A stretch of DNA of 64,000 bases from an uncultured Nitrososphaeraceae archaeon (GCA_963825865.1 CAWGVG010000022.1:1-64000), one strand, 5' to 3'; shown: positions 45,859 to 59,534, counted from the stretch's first letter. Numbers and translations are program-made. The notes: generated by a model not told the origin, from the sequence alone.

Positions 45859-46483
45859 TTTTTGCCAATTTTTACTAATATTCGTTTCTTTTGATATTAT
45901 CTTTCTATTAATAGTGGTCTCTTCACAAGAGCATAGCGTGTAAAAGTTTGCAGGAAGAGTCTGATCAATAGGTCTTGCTTCACACTATAGGAAATAGATA
46001 TAGCAGCAAATCAAAGAATATAAGGAATTCAAAAATCTACTCACTCAACTTTCAACACACCATCAACAGTCATTTCCTTCAATTAAATATAAAAAGCGAT
46101 ATCTTTTTTTAACAAATTTCAACATGGCTCCATCAATGAAGATTGAAGTTACTGCGGATTTATCAAATAGGATTTACTGCTAACTTATTTCGTATAACTA
46201 TCGACCAGATCAGTGTAGGAGTAGTTATTCATGTACCTATTGATGTTGTTTTTGTCAGGGCTAATGTATCATGGTATATTGCGCGGAATCTTATTGAGGC
46301 TGACGCTGCTGAGGATATGAGAAGAGTATGTATGTATGTTTGTGTTTGTATATAGAAATTCGCTATAAAAAATATCTTGAAATAGACTTCCTCCATGACT
46401 ATTAATTAGTTAATCATAACTCTTCTTCCCTTGACTGCATATGATTATTAGCTCATAATGTAACTTTATGACTTAGTAGATAT

Positions 46484-46825
46484 ATGTATATGATGCCCGA
46501 CGAAAATAATATAATTGTTGTGGACGTTATAGTTGCCAATTGCCAGATTAGAGCTTTAAGGCCAGTCTTTGACTCTAAAAACGCTATGCCTAATTCAGAT
46601 GCTGAAAAACTTGTGTGGCTGAATACTACGGATTCAGACCGACTGAACAGGCGTGTTCTAGGAAGTCTTAGCGGCAACGCCTTGAAGAAAGCTCAGAAGC
46701 TTGTAAGTCAGAACAGCGGGACTAACATCAGCGGAGAGTACGGAATCGCTGCTTGTTTCCGAAGAAGATTTCAGAAGGATAATCTAATACTAATACCCAT
46801 AGACATCGGCTATAGATTATTATGA
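46484..46825 (+). CDS. Hypothetical protein
   Basis: Clean 113-aa ORF. Confidence 0.45.
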   Translation: MYMMPDENNIIVVDVIVANCQIRALRPVFDSKNAMPNSDAEKLVWLNTTDSDRLNRRVLGSLSGNALKKAQKLVSQNSGTNISGEYGIAACFRRRFQKDNLILIPIDIGYRLL

Positions 46826-47144
46826 ACTTTGCCTGCTGTTTTCAGTATAAAGTTTCTTTATCGTGTTGTAGACGACGATAAAGAAAAAGGTGTCATTGAA
46901 ATTATCGAGCAAATTCTAAATTGGGAAAGATCTTTATCTGGCCAATTACACGTGCTATTGATATTGAGTCTGGTGTGTAGAAGGTAAACAGGCGATTTAA
47001 GCTGCTTTAGTTATTGTAAATTTAACTTTATTAAATAACTGCTTGAGTTATGTTGATGATGCCGTAAGCTACTTCAATTCCCTATATATAGCCTAACTAC
47101 ATTTATTTATTACCTATAATAGCTGTGTGTAGGAGACAAAGATA

Positions 47145-47907
47145 ATGTCTGACTCCAATATCTACTATAAGAATTACAATAACAATCATTATTATCCTTC
47201 TTCTTCATCATCATTTTCAAGCTGCGAAAAAGAAGGACTATACAAGGCTATACTTTCTAGGCGGGACGTTCGCTCTCATTTTATTAATGATAAGAACATT
47301 CCTAACGATGTTCTACTAAGAATTCTAAATGCTGCCTCATCATGCGCCATCAGTAGGCTTCTCACAACCTTGGAATTTTATTTTAATCAAGGATAGGTCA
47401 ATAAGACAACAAGTTAAAGAATCTTTTTTGACGGAATATAAAAAATCAATTTCAATGCTTGACAACGATAAAACCAGACAGGAAAAATATCTATCATTGA
47501 AACTTGAAGGCATAATGGAATCTGCGATCAATATTTGTGTTACATATGATCACACTAAGTTTGGCCCATTTATTTTGGGGAGAACATCCATAGCTGAAAC
47601 TGGTGTATATAGTGTCTGTTGTGCTATCCAAAATCTATGGCTTGCTGCAAGAGCCGAAGGTATAGGAGTAGGATGGGTAAGCATTCTTTCAAATGAAGAT
47701 TTGCAAAAAATTCTATTGATACCTGAACATGTTAGACCTATAGCATATTTATGTCTGGGTTACGTTGAAGAATTTGCAGCAAAACCAGACCTAGAAAAGG
47801 CAGGATGGCTTCATAGAATAGAGTTAAGCGAAGTTATCTGCTATGAGCAATGGGGATGCGAGCAGAGGTGCGATTTCTCCATCAGATTCATGGTCAGAGT
47901 TTTGTAG
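47145..47907 (+). CDS. bluB: 5,6-dimethylbenzimidazole synthase, frameshifted
   Basis: LYKAILSRRDVRSHF, HHAPSVGFSQPWNF, LKLEGI, LGRTSI, YSVCCAIQNLWLAARAEGIGVGWVS. Confidence 0.92.
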
Positions 47908-48044
47908 TATTATCGAGTAGAGATTAAAAATGCTAAATATAATAGTAAAGAAGCAGTTGAAGAATCATTTACATTCCATCCTGAAGTTATTGCTCGAAGC
48001 AGCAAAAAATTGAAAAGCCTTTATTTTTTTATGGCGTTATCCTC

Positions 48045-48320
48045 TTAACTGATAGGAGTTCGTGAATACTTAATTTTAAGAAATAGAAGCACTACATTGA
48101 ATGACACACTTACGGTATTGCCAGTCGCAATAATAATGTCATTTTTTCCTATTCCATATATAATCCAGAGTGTCAGCCCGACTATTAAGGCCAAGATAAG
48201 CCAGATAGATAAATCATCTGTTTTCTTTGTTTTGATCCCTTTAATTATTTGAGGTACTGTACTTGAAAGTGTAAATAATGTAGCACATATTCCAATGCCA
48301 TATAACAAAAAATCAAACAT
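48045..48320 (-). CDS. SemiSWEET / PQ-loop transporter
   Basis: VPQIIKGIKTKKTDDLS, LWIIYG, three TM helices. Confidence 0.88.
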   Translation of the reverse strand: MFDFLLYGIGICATLFTLSSTVPQIIKGIKTKKTDDLSIWLILALIVGLTLWIIYGIGKNDIIIATGNTVSVSFNVVLLFLKIKYSRTPIS

Positions 48321-48819
48321 TATAGTAACATTCAACTTCTATCGTTTATATTAGATTGTCAGTCTTAACATACAATCAGTTAATTTTAATTAAAATTCTT
48401 TTTCAGAAGCACCAGCATAACGGAAATCATCAAACCAGCTAGCCATATGAGATTTCACATACTTCCTATCTAGAAATGATACGCAGATTGAATGTGATTT
48501 ACTGTTCTAATGTTCATTGCAGATTCCATAATGACATATAAAATATAAAGGCAACATATATGGTGATTTGTAAGATACAACTCATACCGTATTTGAGCCT
48601 GTTGTCTAGGGGTTTTATTGCTATTTTATACGTTTAGTTATTGGCTGCATAGTTGCGCTATTTGTAAGTCTTCCAAAGATATCACTGCTGAAATTATGTG
48701 CCTTGGTAGATAAGTACTAAGTAGCAGCGGTATTAACATTTTCTCTTGTTGAAGAGGCTTTCAATCTTTAAATTGCATATCTCCTCCTTTAACTTCCATG
48801 GGAAGAAAGGCGACTAGAA

Positions 48820-50814
48820 GTGAGTAACTCTCGTTCATTGACAACAGCTGAACTTATCAATAATTTCCCATTTACATCCCAACGTGAGAATCAACTAAGA
48901 GTACCTGAATGAAATTTGTAATGCTTTCAATTCAGACTACAAATACATCATATTAGAAGCTCCTACTGGCTTTGGTAAGAGCCCTGTGGCTATAGCAGTT
49001 GCTATGACTTTGGGCTCAAGCTACATATGTACTTCTACCAAGGATCTGCAGAGTCAATACTCAAGGGATTTTCCATATCTTAAAGTAGCGAAGGGAAAAA
49101 ACAACTTTGCTTGTTTAGTAAAGGAAGATTTTATTAAAAATGGCATTTATAGATGTGGAATTTGTATTTCAGATAATTTGAATGAATGCATCCATACAAC
49201 AGTAGAATATGGTCCCTGTATGACTAATGAATCCTTCAAAAATAGTGGCTGCAAATACAGGTCCTTTCTAAAAGATTATAAAATAAGCAATAAGGGAACA
49301 AAAGATGAACAAGTATTCATCGATAACGATAACAAAAACTACTATCAAAAGGAATACTCGCAATGGTTGCACCTAAGGAATCTAAAAGAAAAAAATCCGT
49401 GGAAACCATGCGAATACTTTAACCAGTTGAACATGGCCTTAACCTCCAGTCATTCTATATTCAATTACTCCATTTTCTTAGCACTTTTGCCAAGCAAGAA
49501 AAGTCTACCAGAAAGAGAATTGTTGGTATTGGACGAAGGGCACCTATTAGAGACAGAGATTGTAAAGTTCAGAGGACTAACTATATCTAAAAGAAGATGG
49601 AAGCGATATATTTACGATTTAAAGATTATTGATTATGGCTATGATGATATAGAAAACTGGATTGACTTTCTTGTAGAAGTTGAGACAAAAATGCTTACCT
49701 TGACTGGCAATAATTCTTTGGTAGAATTGTTGTCTATAGAACGAGAAGTCAAATACAACTATCACTACTATCAAGAACGAGCCTCAAAATCAAATGACAG
49801 GAACAAGAAGGTAGTCTCTGCATTTGAGTTATTTGAAAGCGATGATGAAATTGCACAGAAGTATGCTGACGTAGATGTATCAAGAAAATCAGTAGCAAAT
49901 ATTGGGGATGAGCTTGCTGTTGATGCGATTAGGGATACAGAGAAACTCACAAGAGCAATAAACAATATTCTCTCAAACTCCGCCGATTGGATAGTATCAG
50001 AGATAAAGAAAGAAAATTATGAAGTAGTTAAAGTTGAATTAAAACCGTTAGATATATCAGCATATTGTAAAACTGTATTTGAAAAATGCTCAAAAACATT
50101 GATTATGAGTGCAACAATCCTAAATGCTAAAGCATTTTGCAGAAGTGTTGGTCTAATTGGAGAAGATAATAAGGTGAAATTCGTACAAGTTCAATCTGAT
50201 TTTCCATTAGAACACAGACCTATTTATCCTCTTAATATTGCATATCTTAACTATAGCAACTTAGAATCTACAGAAATAAAATCCAATGTTGCAAGGACTA
50301 TTGACAATCTAATGACATTGCATAAAAATGACAAAGGAATAATCCATACTACATCTTATGACCAATTGAATTTTATTAAAGAAAATATATCACAGATAAA
50401 TGCACGAAGGTTGTTAGTAACTGATCCAGAGATACAAAGAGATGAGGTCATAGCTCAACACACTAACAGCAGACAAAACCAACTGTTCTTATCTCACCAT
50501 CATTACATACAGGTCTTGATTTAAAAGATGACCTGTCGAGGTTTCAGATAATAACCAAGGTACCTTATCCCAATAAAAACGATAGATGGATTGATGCAAA
50601 AAGAAAATCTGATGCAGAATGGTATTATTGGCAGACAGCATTAAAATTGGTACAAGCTTATGGTAGATCAGTAAGATCAAAGGAAGATAAGGCTAGAACA
50701 TACGTATTAGATTCTGCTTTTAATTCTTTTGTAAAGAAGAACATTGACATTTTACCGGAATGGTTTATTTTAGCAATTCATGGTATTAGAGTTAATAAAA
50801 GTAATAATAAATAA
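48820..50814 (+). CDS. XPD/Rad3/DinG-family SF2 helicase, frameshifted
   Basis: Q motif RENQ, EAPTGFGKS, Cys-rich Fe-S region, LDEGH, MSAT, KGIIHTTSY, GLDLKDD, VQAYGRSVRS. Confidence 0.9.
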
Positions 50815-51249
50815 TCAGTCAATAGGTGTAGATAAGACTAAAAGTGTTGAAGATCGACAGAATACTTAACGCTGACACATACTTATCGCTAGGGTTCCAT
50901 TCTAGAGATAAGCTCAACACTTTGCTTCCTAAACTTTTTCTACAGAAGAAAAGAACCTGCAACTCGGTATTGCCTCTTCTGTTTGTTCTGGGAAAAGCAT
51001 GTAACATTCCTAATTCTTCCTTCCGATGCTGATATATATCCAAATCATATAGATCTTTATTCTTCTTAGGTGAGCCTTGCGCATTTTTGGACTGATGTAT
51101 TAGGCGCCTTGTAGAAGAAGATATATTTTTACCTAACTGCCAATATAAAAATAAAAATCTATACAAGTTACTTTAATAATAATATACGTAATTCAAAGTA
51201 TTTGAGAACGAATTGCATTATTGGGTAGGTTCTTTTTGTCAAGTTGTTG

Positions 51250-51906
51250 ATGGATATAAACCTCTATTCCCCAGATGGAGTTATCGCCGTATCTGATATT
51301 ATAACACTAATTGCAGATATTGGAAATCAAATACCAGATAAATCCTGGATGCTTTACCTGCTTGAGGTCTTCAATATACAAAATATAGCAGTTGAATTGA
51401 ACCTCATATGCCAGTTTGATAACCAAAGTTACTTTGAGGCCATATTCCAAGGAATTAACCGATATAGATTTAAAAGTGTTTTACCAACGCTAGGTCATTC
51501 TTACCTACGCCAAATTGTTATGGATGCTCAGAGCAAATATATCAAATATATTCTAAGCGATCAGAATACAACACAATCAGAAACTTTCGATTTACCATTA
51601 GCGAACATGAAGTTTGATTTTATAGTAATAAACCATTTTACTGGAATAGAATGGTGGAATAAGATTGGTAACATTCCATATCCTCTAAGACATATGGTTG
51701 AAATATCACAATTAATGTTTGGTTTAAGTGATCATATAGATTCAGAGTCTATAACCTATCTGCCACATAATGCGTTGCTACCTAATAAGGATGGCTCCGG
51801 TATTAGATACCCTATTTCGTTTCAGAATATCAGAATCAAGGATGGGTGTATTTGCTATACAGTACAATCAGGTGATTGTTATACCGGAATGCGCTATAAT
51901 TGTTAG
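51250..51906 (+). CDS. Hypothetical protein
   Basis: Clean ORF of about 218 aa, Cys-rich C-terminus. Confidence 0.55.
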   Translation: MDINLYSPDGVIAVSDIITLIADIGNQIPDKSWMLYLLEVFNIQNIAVELNLICQFDNQSYFEAIFQGINRYRFKSVLPTLGHSYLRQIVMDAQSKYIKYILSDQNTTQSETFDLPLANMKFDFIVINHFTGIEWWNKIGNIPYPLRHMVEISQLMFGLSDHIDSESITYLPHNALLPNKDGSGIRYPISFQNIRIKDGCICYTVQSGDCYTGMRYNC

Positions 51907-52136
51907 ATTTAAGCAGAAGTACCAGATAGTAGTATAGAGGCAAACTAGTTCCTGCAAAGCCGACAGTACGACATAAATATATCAAATGCGGAGAGCCTCT
52001 CGGCCATAATCGATTTAAATTTAAGTCTATAGCAATATTTGTTTATCAAACGCTAGTTGCAGTAGCTTCCCGATTAACAAATATTTTAATCCACTATTTC
52101 ATACGTGGATTATAAAGTGTGTGTATTTCGTTTGAA

Positions 52137-52565
52137 TTAATAGAGATCAGAGTCATCTGTTAATTTTTTTGCTGATTGGGGATCCTTATCTGTGTAGTAG
52201 CTAACCATACCTAATTTGAGCACCTTTAGCGATAGTAGTGCACATTTGATCCTTGCAGGTCCAAGATTCATCAGCCCGATATTTTCTAAAACATCTTTCT
52301 TTGTGAGATCTTTTACTACAGTCAAGGGTTTGTCCATTACCATCTCGGTAAGCATAGAAGCACTTGCCTGGCTAATTGCACATCCTCTACCTTCAAATTT
52401 TATCTCCTTAATTTTGTCCTTTTCGACTTTTAAATGAATGTCAATTTCATCGCCGCAGAGAGGATTACTGTCGTGAATACTTACATCTGCATTTGATAAT
52501 TTGCCCTTATTTCGAGGATTTCTATAATGATCCAGAATAATTTCACGGTATATATCGTCACTCAA
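52137..52565 (-). CDS. sufU: Fe-S scaffold SufU/IscU
   Basis: ILDHYRNPRNKG, NPLCGD, GCAISQASASM, RIKCALL. Confidence 0.95.
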   Translation of the reverse strand: MSDDIYREIILDHYRNPRNKGKLSNADVSIHDSNPLCGDEIDIHLKVEKDKIKEIKFEGRGCAISQASASMLTEMVMDKPLTVVKDLTKKDVLENIGLMNLGPARIKCALLSLKVLKLGMVSYYTDKDPQSAKKLTDDSDLY

Positions 52566-53807
52566 ATCCTAAACAGCCTCCTTGCTTCCTCGAGTGCATT
52601 TATGAGTATATCAACTTCTTCTTTGGTATTATAGATATAAAAACTTGTGCGGGACGTCGCTACCACATTTAATCTCTCCATTAATACTTGTGCGCAGTGG
52701 TGGCCAGATCTGATTGCAATTCCATGATCGTTCATTATAGTAGCAAGGTCATGTGGATGAATATCACCAATATTAAATGATACTATTCCACCTCTATGAT
52801 TCGAATTGGACGGACCGTAAACAGTTACGCCCTTTACGCCCGTAATAGTTTTGATGGCATAATTCGTAATATCGATTTCATGCTCTCTTATATTGTTCAT
52901 ACCAATTTCGTTAAGATAATCAATAGCAGACTCCAAATCCAATTACATCTGCAATGTTAGGGGTACCACCTTCAAACTTGTATGGAAGGTCATTATATCT
53001 TGTTTCATATTTGTGAACTTCCTTTATCATATCCCCTCCCCCTATGAATGGTGCCATTTTGTCAAGTATCTCCCTTTTTACATATAGCACCCCCACACCT
53101 GTTGGTCCTAGCATTTTGTGAGCAGAAAATGCCATGAAATCACAGTCCATGTTCTGAACATCTACTGGCATGTGAGGAACAGATTGAGCTCCGTCCACCA
53201 TTACTTTAACACCTTTATCATGTGCCATTTTGATAATTTTGTTTATAGGTACTATTGTTCCAGGTACATTTGACATCTGGCTTACAGAAATTAGTTTAAC
53301 TTTATTGCTTTCAATATACCTTTTGTAATCTTCCATTTTTAGGTATCCACTATCGTCAACACCAACGTACAGTAGTTTACCTCTTTTTTCCTGAGTAAGA
53401 ATTTGCCAGGGAACTATGTTGCTATGGTGTTCAATTTCTGTGATTACCACGTAGTCATCTTTCTTGACATTTGCACGGCCCCATGAGTATGATATTAAGT
53501 TAATTGCTTCGGTTGCATTGCGGGTAAAAATTATTTCGTCAGTCGAATTAGCATTGATGAATTTGGCAATCTTTTCTCTTGTTCTTTCATAGGCAATGGT
53601 TGCTTCTTCTGCCATCTGATGAACCGCTCTGTGAATATTTGAGTTGTAATCCATGTAATAATCACGAATTGCATTAATTACAGACATTGGCTTTTGAGTA
53701 GTAGCAGCATTATCAAGGTAGACAAGCGTTTTGTTTCTATTAATCTTACGTTTTAATATGGGAAAATCTTCTCGAATTTTGGAAACATTGAGAGCAATTT
53801 TCTGCAT
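52562..53807 (-). CDS. sufS: Cysteine desulfurase, one frameshift
   Basis: YLDNAATTQKP, EHHSNIVPW, DGAQSVPH, SAHKMLGPTG, RSGHHCA. Confidence 0.95.
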
Positions 53808-53820
53808 TATGATTAATAAT

Positions 53821-54141
53821 TCACTCCATTAAGATATAAACCCAGTTGTCTTGTATCTTTACGCTGTAAGTTTTTAAAGGCTCTTCTGCAGGGAGATTTT
53901 GGGGAATACCATCTTCTAGTTTGAAAACAGACATATGTAGAGGACAGGTAACAGTTTTTTCATTCTCATTCATAAATCCTGTTGACAGGTCAGCATAAGC
54001 ATGAGTGCATATTCTGTTTGTCGCATAAATTTTGCCTCCTACTTTGGCTATCAAAATATTTTTATTCGCCATAATCAAAATCTAAGAGATCGGCCAATTT
54101 TTAACGAATCTTTCCTTACAGGCCTTTATCCATTCTGTCAC
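53821..54141 (-). CDS. Rieske [2Fe-2S] ferredoxin, frameshifted
   Basis: CTH...CPLH Rieske ligands. Confidence 0.9.
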
Positions 54142-54168
54142 TATCAGTATGATTCGTTACTCAACCAT

Positions 54169-55596
54169 CTATCTATATTTATAGTGTTTTTCGAAAATAT
54201 CTTGTGTTTCCCGGTATCTAGACTTTTCTACTTCAAGATTTGTTCCATTGCTTCGTCAGTCTTAAGCATAAGAGGTTTTCCAGACCATTTATTTTCAATT
54301 AGATAATTAACCCATGCCCTAATAGTGGGCCCCATTTTTCTAGATAGTGGCTCGAGGAATCCATTTACAATTTCTCGTTTTGCTAATTCTCTACTTAATC
54401 CTCTGACATTAGATAAAAGATCTGTGCCTCATCGATCTGTGCAACTGATGCAGAATGTGTTGCTTTTACTTCATTGGTCTCAATTTCCAGTCCTGGAATT
54501 GCATCTGATTTAGCACCTTTATCAAGTAAAATTGCATGACCTGCAAAATAAGACTCTGTTGCTTTAGCGTTTTTGCCAATCTTAATCATGCCTTTGAATA
54601 ATGACTTTGAAGTGTCTTTCATTACAGATTTGACCAGTACCCGTCCTCTTGAATTCGGACCATAATGAATGAGATTAGAAGTAACATCAAATGATTGATT
54701 CCAATTCCAAATATAATTTCAAAATCCTCTGCAGAAGAACCTGGGTCCTTTCATTATGCTATCAATCTTATATCTTGACAATTGCGTACCAAACATCCCA
54801 AGATACCACGACATTTTACCATCTCTCTCAATAAAGCCCTTCTTATTGGAGAAATTGACGGTATCTCCACCCATCGCTTGCAACGTTACCATATCAATAT
54901 GAGCATTTGGACCAACATGACATTCCATCAACTCAAAGTATGCCTGTTGAACATCTTTCCTATTCTACTCTTGGAGGAGCATAAATCTCTTGGACAACAG
55001 TTGCTTTAGAGCCCATATCGCCGACAATTATGTTCCGTGATATTGAAGAGGTCCCATCGTCTGCAAAGAACTAATAATTCTAATTGGATCCTCGATTATG
55101 ACATTTTTTGGAATATAAACAAAAACTCCGGAATGAAAAGCAGAGGCTTCTAATGCAAGGAACTTATCTTCAGCTATATTGTAGCTGATTGGTGAGTAGT
55201 TGTTTCTTGATAAGATCATCGTATTTCATTAGGCTTCTCTTAAGATCAGAAATGATAACTCCCTGATTCAAAATTTTATCAGGAACGAAATTTGATTAAC
55301 CGAAGAGCCAATTTGGACGATGCTAGTTCCTCATGCTCTAGTTCATTAAGCCTGTGTTGAAGCTCTTCGTGGGCTTAGGCATGTGAGAAGTCTTTTCGAC
55401 AGGAATGGGAAGATATATCTGCTCGGTGTCGAATACGATTTACATCAGAGTATTTTGTATAAAGTGGAGACACTTCTGAAGGAAGAGATCAATATTTGGA
55501 CAATGCCTTTTGTCGTATTGCAGCAAGCCACTGGGATCCTTATTTTCTTTGATTATGATTCAATATGTTGTCTGAAATAGAAGATAAACTTACCAA
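54169..55596 (-). CDS. sufD: Fe-S assembly protein SufD, several frameshifts
   Basis: GVFVYIPKNV, SLFKGMIKI, SDAIPGLEIETNEVKATHSASVAQID, FYLMSRG in fragments. Confidence 0.88.
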
Positions 55597-55672
55597 AGTT
55601 TAAACACTTCTCTTCTTAAAAAATTTAAAGGAATATAGAATGATCCCTTTTTTGTATGGATATTCTCTACGT

Positions 55673-57072
55673 CTATCCTACTGATCCTTCCATTTCCATT
55701 TTTACAAGTTTGTTCAGCTCTACTGCGTATTCCATCGGTAATTCCTTTGCAAACGGCTCCATGAACCCACCAACGATCAAAGATAGTGCATCAGATTCGG
55801 AAAATCCTCTACTCATCAGATAAAAGATTTGGTCCTCTCCTATTTTCCCTACAGTTGCTTCGTGAGAGATAGTGGCGTCTTCTTCATTTACCTCTACGTA
55901 TGGATATGTATCAGTCCTTGAGTTTTCATCTAACAGTAGCGCATCACATCTAACATTCGACTTTACACCTGTAGCCCCCTTTGCAACATGAAGCAATCCT
56001 CTATATGTTGTTCTACCTGAATCCTTACTAACTGATTTGCTTGTAATTCGCGAAGTTGTATTTGGTGCAAGATGTACTGCCTTGGCCCCTGCATCTTGAT
56101 GTTGACCAGACCAGAAAATGCAACTGATACGACCTCTGCGTGAGCATTCCTTCCCAGCATATAAACACCAGGGTATTTCATAGTTAGTTTGCTTCCAAAA
56201 TTTCCATCAATCCATTCAACTGAAGCATTCTCATACGCATATGCTCTCTTCGTTACTAAATTATACACATCTTTGCTCCAATTTTGGATCGTGGTATATC
56301 TGATCTTGGCACCTTTCTTTGCGATTAATTCAACAACTGCAGAATGTAGTGATTCAGTTGTATAGACTGGTGCAGTACATCCTTCAATATAGTGAACTTC
56401 AGAACCCTCATCTGCAATTATTAAGGTTCTTTCAAATTGGCCGATATTTTCAGCGTTAATTCTAAAATATGCTTGCAGAGGAAGATCAACCTTTACATTT
56501 GGTGGAACATATATGAATGAGCCACCAGACCAAACAGCACTATTCAAGGCTGCAAATTTGTTGTCTTCTGGTGGAATAACCTTTCCGAAATGCTTTCTCA
56601 GAAGTTCCGGATGTTTTTTTACTGCAGTATCTGTGTCAGTAAATATTACACCTTTTTGTTCTAAATCTTCTCTTAAATTGTGATAGACAACTTCCGATTC
56701 GTATTGGGCGCCAACGCCTGCAAGGAATTTTCTTTCTGCTTCTGGAATTCCTAGTTTTTCAAATGTATTTCTTACAGAGTCCGGAACATCATCCCAGCTC
56801 TTGCCTTGCTTCTCAGAAGCCTTGGCGTAGTAGTATATATTCTGAAAGTCAATTTTTGACAAATCGCCGCCCCAATCAGGCATAGGCTTGCTCATAAAAA
56901 CATCATAGGATCTCAGTCTAAAGTCCCTCATCCAGTCGGGCTCACCTTTCATCTTGCTAATCTCTTCAACGGTGCCTCTAGATAGGCCTTTTTTACTTAA
57001 ATAAACATATAATTCTGTAGAGTCCTTAAAGTCGTACTTGCTATAATCCATATTCAGCTTCTCAGTTGTCAT
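55673..57072 (-). CDS. sufB: Fe-S assembly protein SufB, frameshifted
   Basis: [54 protein letters not shown]. Confidence 0.95.
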
Positions 57073-57404
57073 ACTATATATAACGGCGTTATGTATTATA
57101 TATATTTTTGTGTACATTATTTCATATCCATAACAAAGTTATAAGTATCTCGTTAGCTATACTTTATATGTCCCTTTTAGGTGTAATAAGCATGCGATCA
57201 GGCTAACATCTATTGCCAAATATGAGCAAATGAACAGATAGGCTTCAAGATAAAATCAAAAGAGAATCTGTGGATGTAGCAACTCATGGGATTAGAACTC
57301 CAATAGTGCCGATTTTGAACTTAAGCGAGTCTGTTTATAGATCGTGATTTGGCCAATCTGAGCTACAGGTTTTCGGCCTTACTCCAAACGGCTTTGTTTA
57401 CATT

Positions 57405-58529
57405 TTAACGTGTGTGATTATATATAGAAGAGTGTGTCCCACCATAAATTATCTCCTTTATCATTTCAGAATTTAGAAAATCATGAGGAAAACCCAATTC
57501 TATCTTGCTTATTTCATTTAACCTTTGCAATTGCTCATCTGATAATTCATATTTTAGACACGCCAAATTATCCTTTATCTGTGATTCTTTCCTTGAGCCA
57601 ATGATTGGTATTATTTTGCTCTCTCGTGGTAGATTTTGCTGTCTAATCCAATTCAAAGCAACCTGTGCTGGCGTACATCCAATCTCTTTAGCCGTCTTGC
57701 TAACTTCTTCGACAATCAATAAATTTCTCTCATTTAGGAGCGCATTTACTAAATCAGGGGACGTAGACTTGAACATATTTAGCCTACTATTGCCTTCTGC
57801 CACTGCCACAGTTGATGATAACATATTTTGTTGCTGACGTGGTTGTTGTTGTTGTTCTTTGTTCTTGTTATACTTACCTGTAAGAAGACCGTTACCTAAT
57901 GGTGACCACGCTGTCACTCCAATATCCAATGCACTAGCCATTGGCAACAATTCGCGTTCTGGGGTTCTTTCAATTAAACTATATTCAATCTGTAAGCCAG
58001 TAAATTCAGTCCAACCTCTAAGATTTGCAAGAGTATTAGCTTGTGAAACTACCCAAGCTGGAGCGTCAGAGATACCAGCATAGAGAATTTTCCCTGCCTT
58101 TATCATATCATCTAAAGCACGCATCATCTCTTCAACTGGTGTCGTTTGGTCCCATGCATGCACCCAGTAAAGATCTACATAATCCGTATTCAATCTTTGT
58201 AGGCTTGCCTCTAAAGATTGCATCATACTCTTGCGATGATTTCCACCAGCATTAGGATCTCCTCTTCTTGTATTTGATGTATATTTAGTTGCTAAAACAA
58301 ATCGATCTCTGTCAGATGCGATAAATTCACCAATGTATTTTTCGCTTGTACCTTCAGTATATTTGTTAGCAGTATCAATAAAATTACCACCTGCATCTAC
58401 ATACGCATTAAAGATTTTACGACATTCGTCTTTGGATGCACCCCATCCCCACTCTTCGCCAAACGTCATTGCTCCAAGACAGATTTCTGAAACTCGGAGT
58501 CCACTCCTTCCTAATAGATAATACTTCAT
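57405..58529 (-). CDS. Aldo/keto reductase
   Basis: LGRSGLRVSEICLGAMTFG, IDTANKY, LATKY, DLYWVH, WSPLG; Gln-rich insertion. Confidence 0.93.
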   Translation of the reverse strand: MKYYLLGRSGLRVSEICLGAMTFGEEWGWGASKDECRKIFNAYVDAGGNFIDTANKYTEGTSEKYIGEFIASDRDRFVLATKYTSNTRRGDPNAGGNHRKSMMQSLEASLQRLNTDYVDLYWVHAWDQTTPVEEMMRALDDMIKAGKILYAGISDAPAWVVSQANTLANLRGWTEFTGLQIEYSLIERTPERELLPMASALDIGVTAWSPLGNGLLTGKYNKNKEQQQQPRQQQNMLSSTVAVAEGNSRLNMFKSTSPDLVNALLNERNLLIVEEVSKTAKEIGCTPAQVALNWIRQQNLPRESKIIPIIGSRKESQIKDNLACLKYELSDEQLQRLNEISKIELGFPHDFLNSEMIKEIIYGGTHSSIYNHTR

Positions 58530-59534
58530 GAGAAATTTCACATGTCGTTATAAATAAAAAGTCTTCCTATCAGAAATATCTCAATTAGTCGATATTTTTT
58601 TTGCTGAAATACAGACCAGTTGATTAATCTATCTATCCATCTCTAATTATCTTTTCCTTACCTACCCTAGTGTTATCTTTATTCTATGCTGATAGCCATA
58701 TGTCAGCGTATTTCAAAAGTGGCGTTTGGCCAAAGACACTGTGAAAATATAAAATGTGTAATGCACTTTAGTAATTCACTAGTGACACAGATATCAAGGA
58801 AAAGAACTTTTGCAAAAGATGTAAGATAGTATTGTAAATCACTAGCATTTCTAGATAAGATTTCTTAGATGTCTCTGTGGGGGAAGGGTACTTTTAACAT
58901 ATGACTGTGACCATCCCATGTGACTGAGTTACATGCTGTAAATAATTTCAATCTCACGGAGACACATACAAAAAAACTACAATCATACTTTTCGTAATTC
59001 TGTAAACAGGATCTGACTTTGTGCGTATTAATTTTCTATTGAGTTCAGTTTGAAATAAGTGGCAACAGAGGAAAGCAGGTAGTAACAAGGAGGTAGCAGG
59101 ACTAACAAATTGGTAACATGTGGTAGCAACTTTATCATTCTTTTTGCATTTTTTCAACCACATTGTAGGTTTACCTGAAAAGATGCTAAAGATATACCTA
59201 TTCGTATCGAATCTTGAAGTTGAACCACAAAAAGTAATTTGTGAGTTTTTTTGTTTGTTTGTACTTTTGAGTCTGCTGAATCATGCGTCAGTATTGAGGT
59301 TGAGGGTACGTGTTATTCAACGTGATTATACTTCCAATATTTGATTAGTTTTTAGCTCCTCTATCCTTAATTGAACTATTTATCGCTTCTAGAGAAAAAT
59401 CTGCATTCTTATAAATAAATGGAAAACAACTCAGATGTTCCTATAAGAATTTAAAATACAAGATGTATTCTCCTGTTTCTAAAATGAAAAATGATTTTCT
59501 ATCTTTTAAATAATTAAAAAACTTTTTATCTCCA

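Noticed and set aside
49631-49660. Helicase segment resembling spacer 2
   Set aside because: Too many mismatches for a protospacer
52562-57072. Programmed frameshifting or true pseudogenisation of SUF genes
   Set aside because: Indels are scattered over many unrelated genes without slippery-site consistency; sequencing error is simpler
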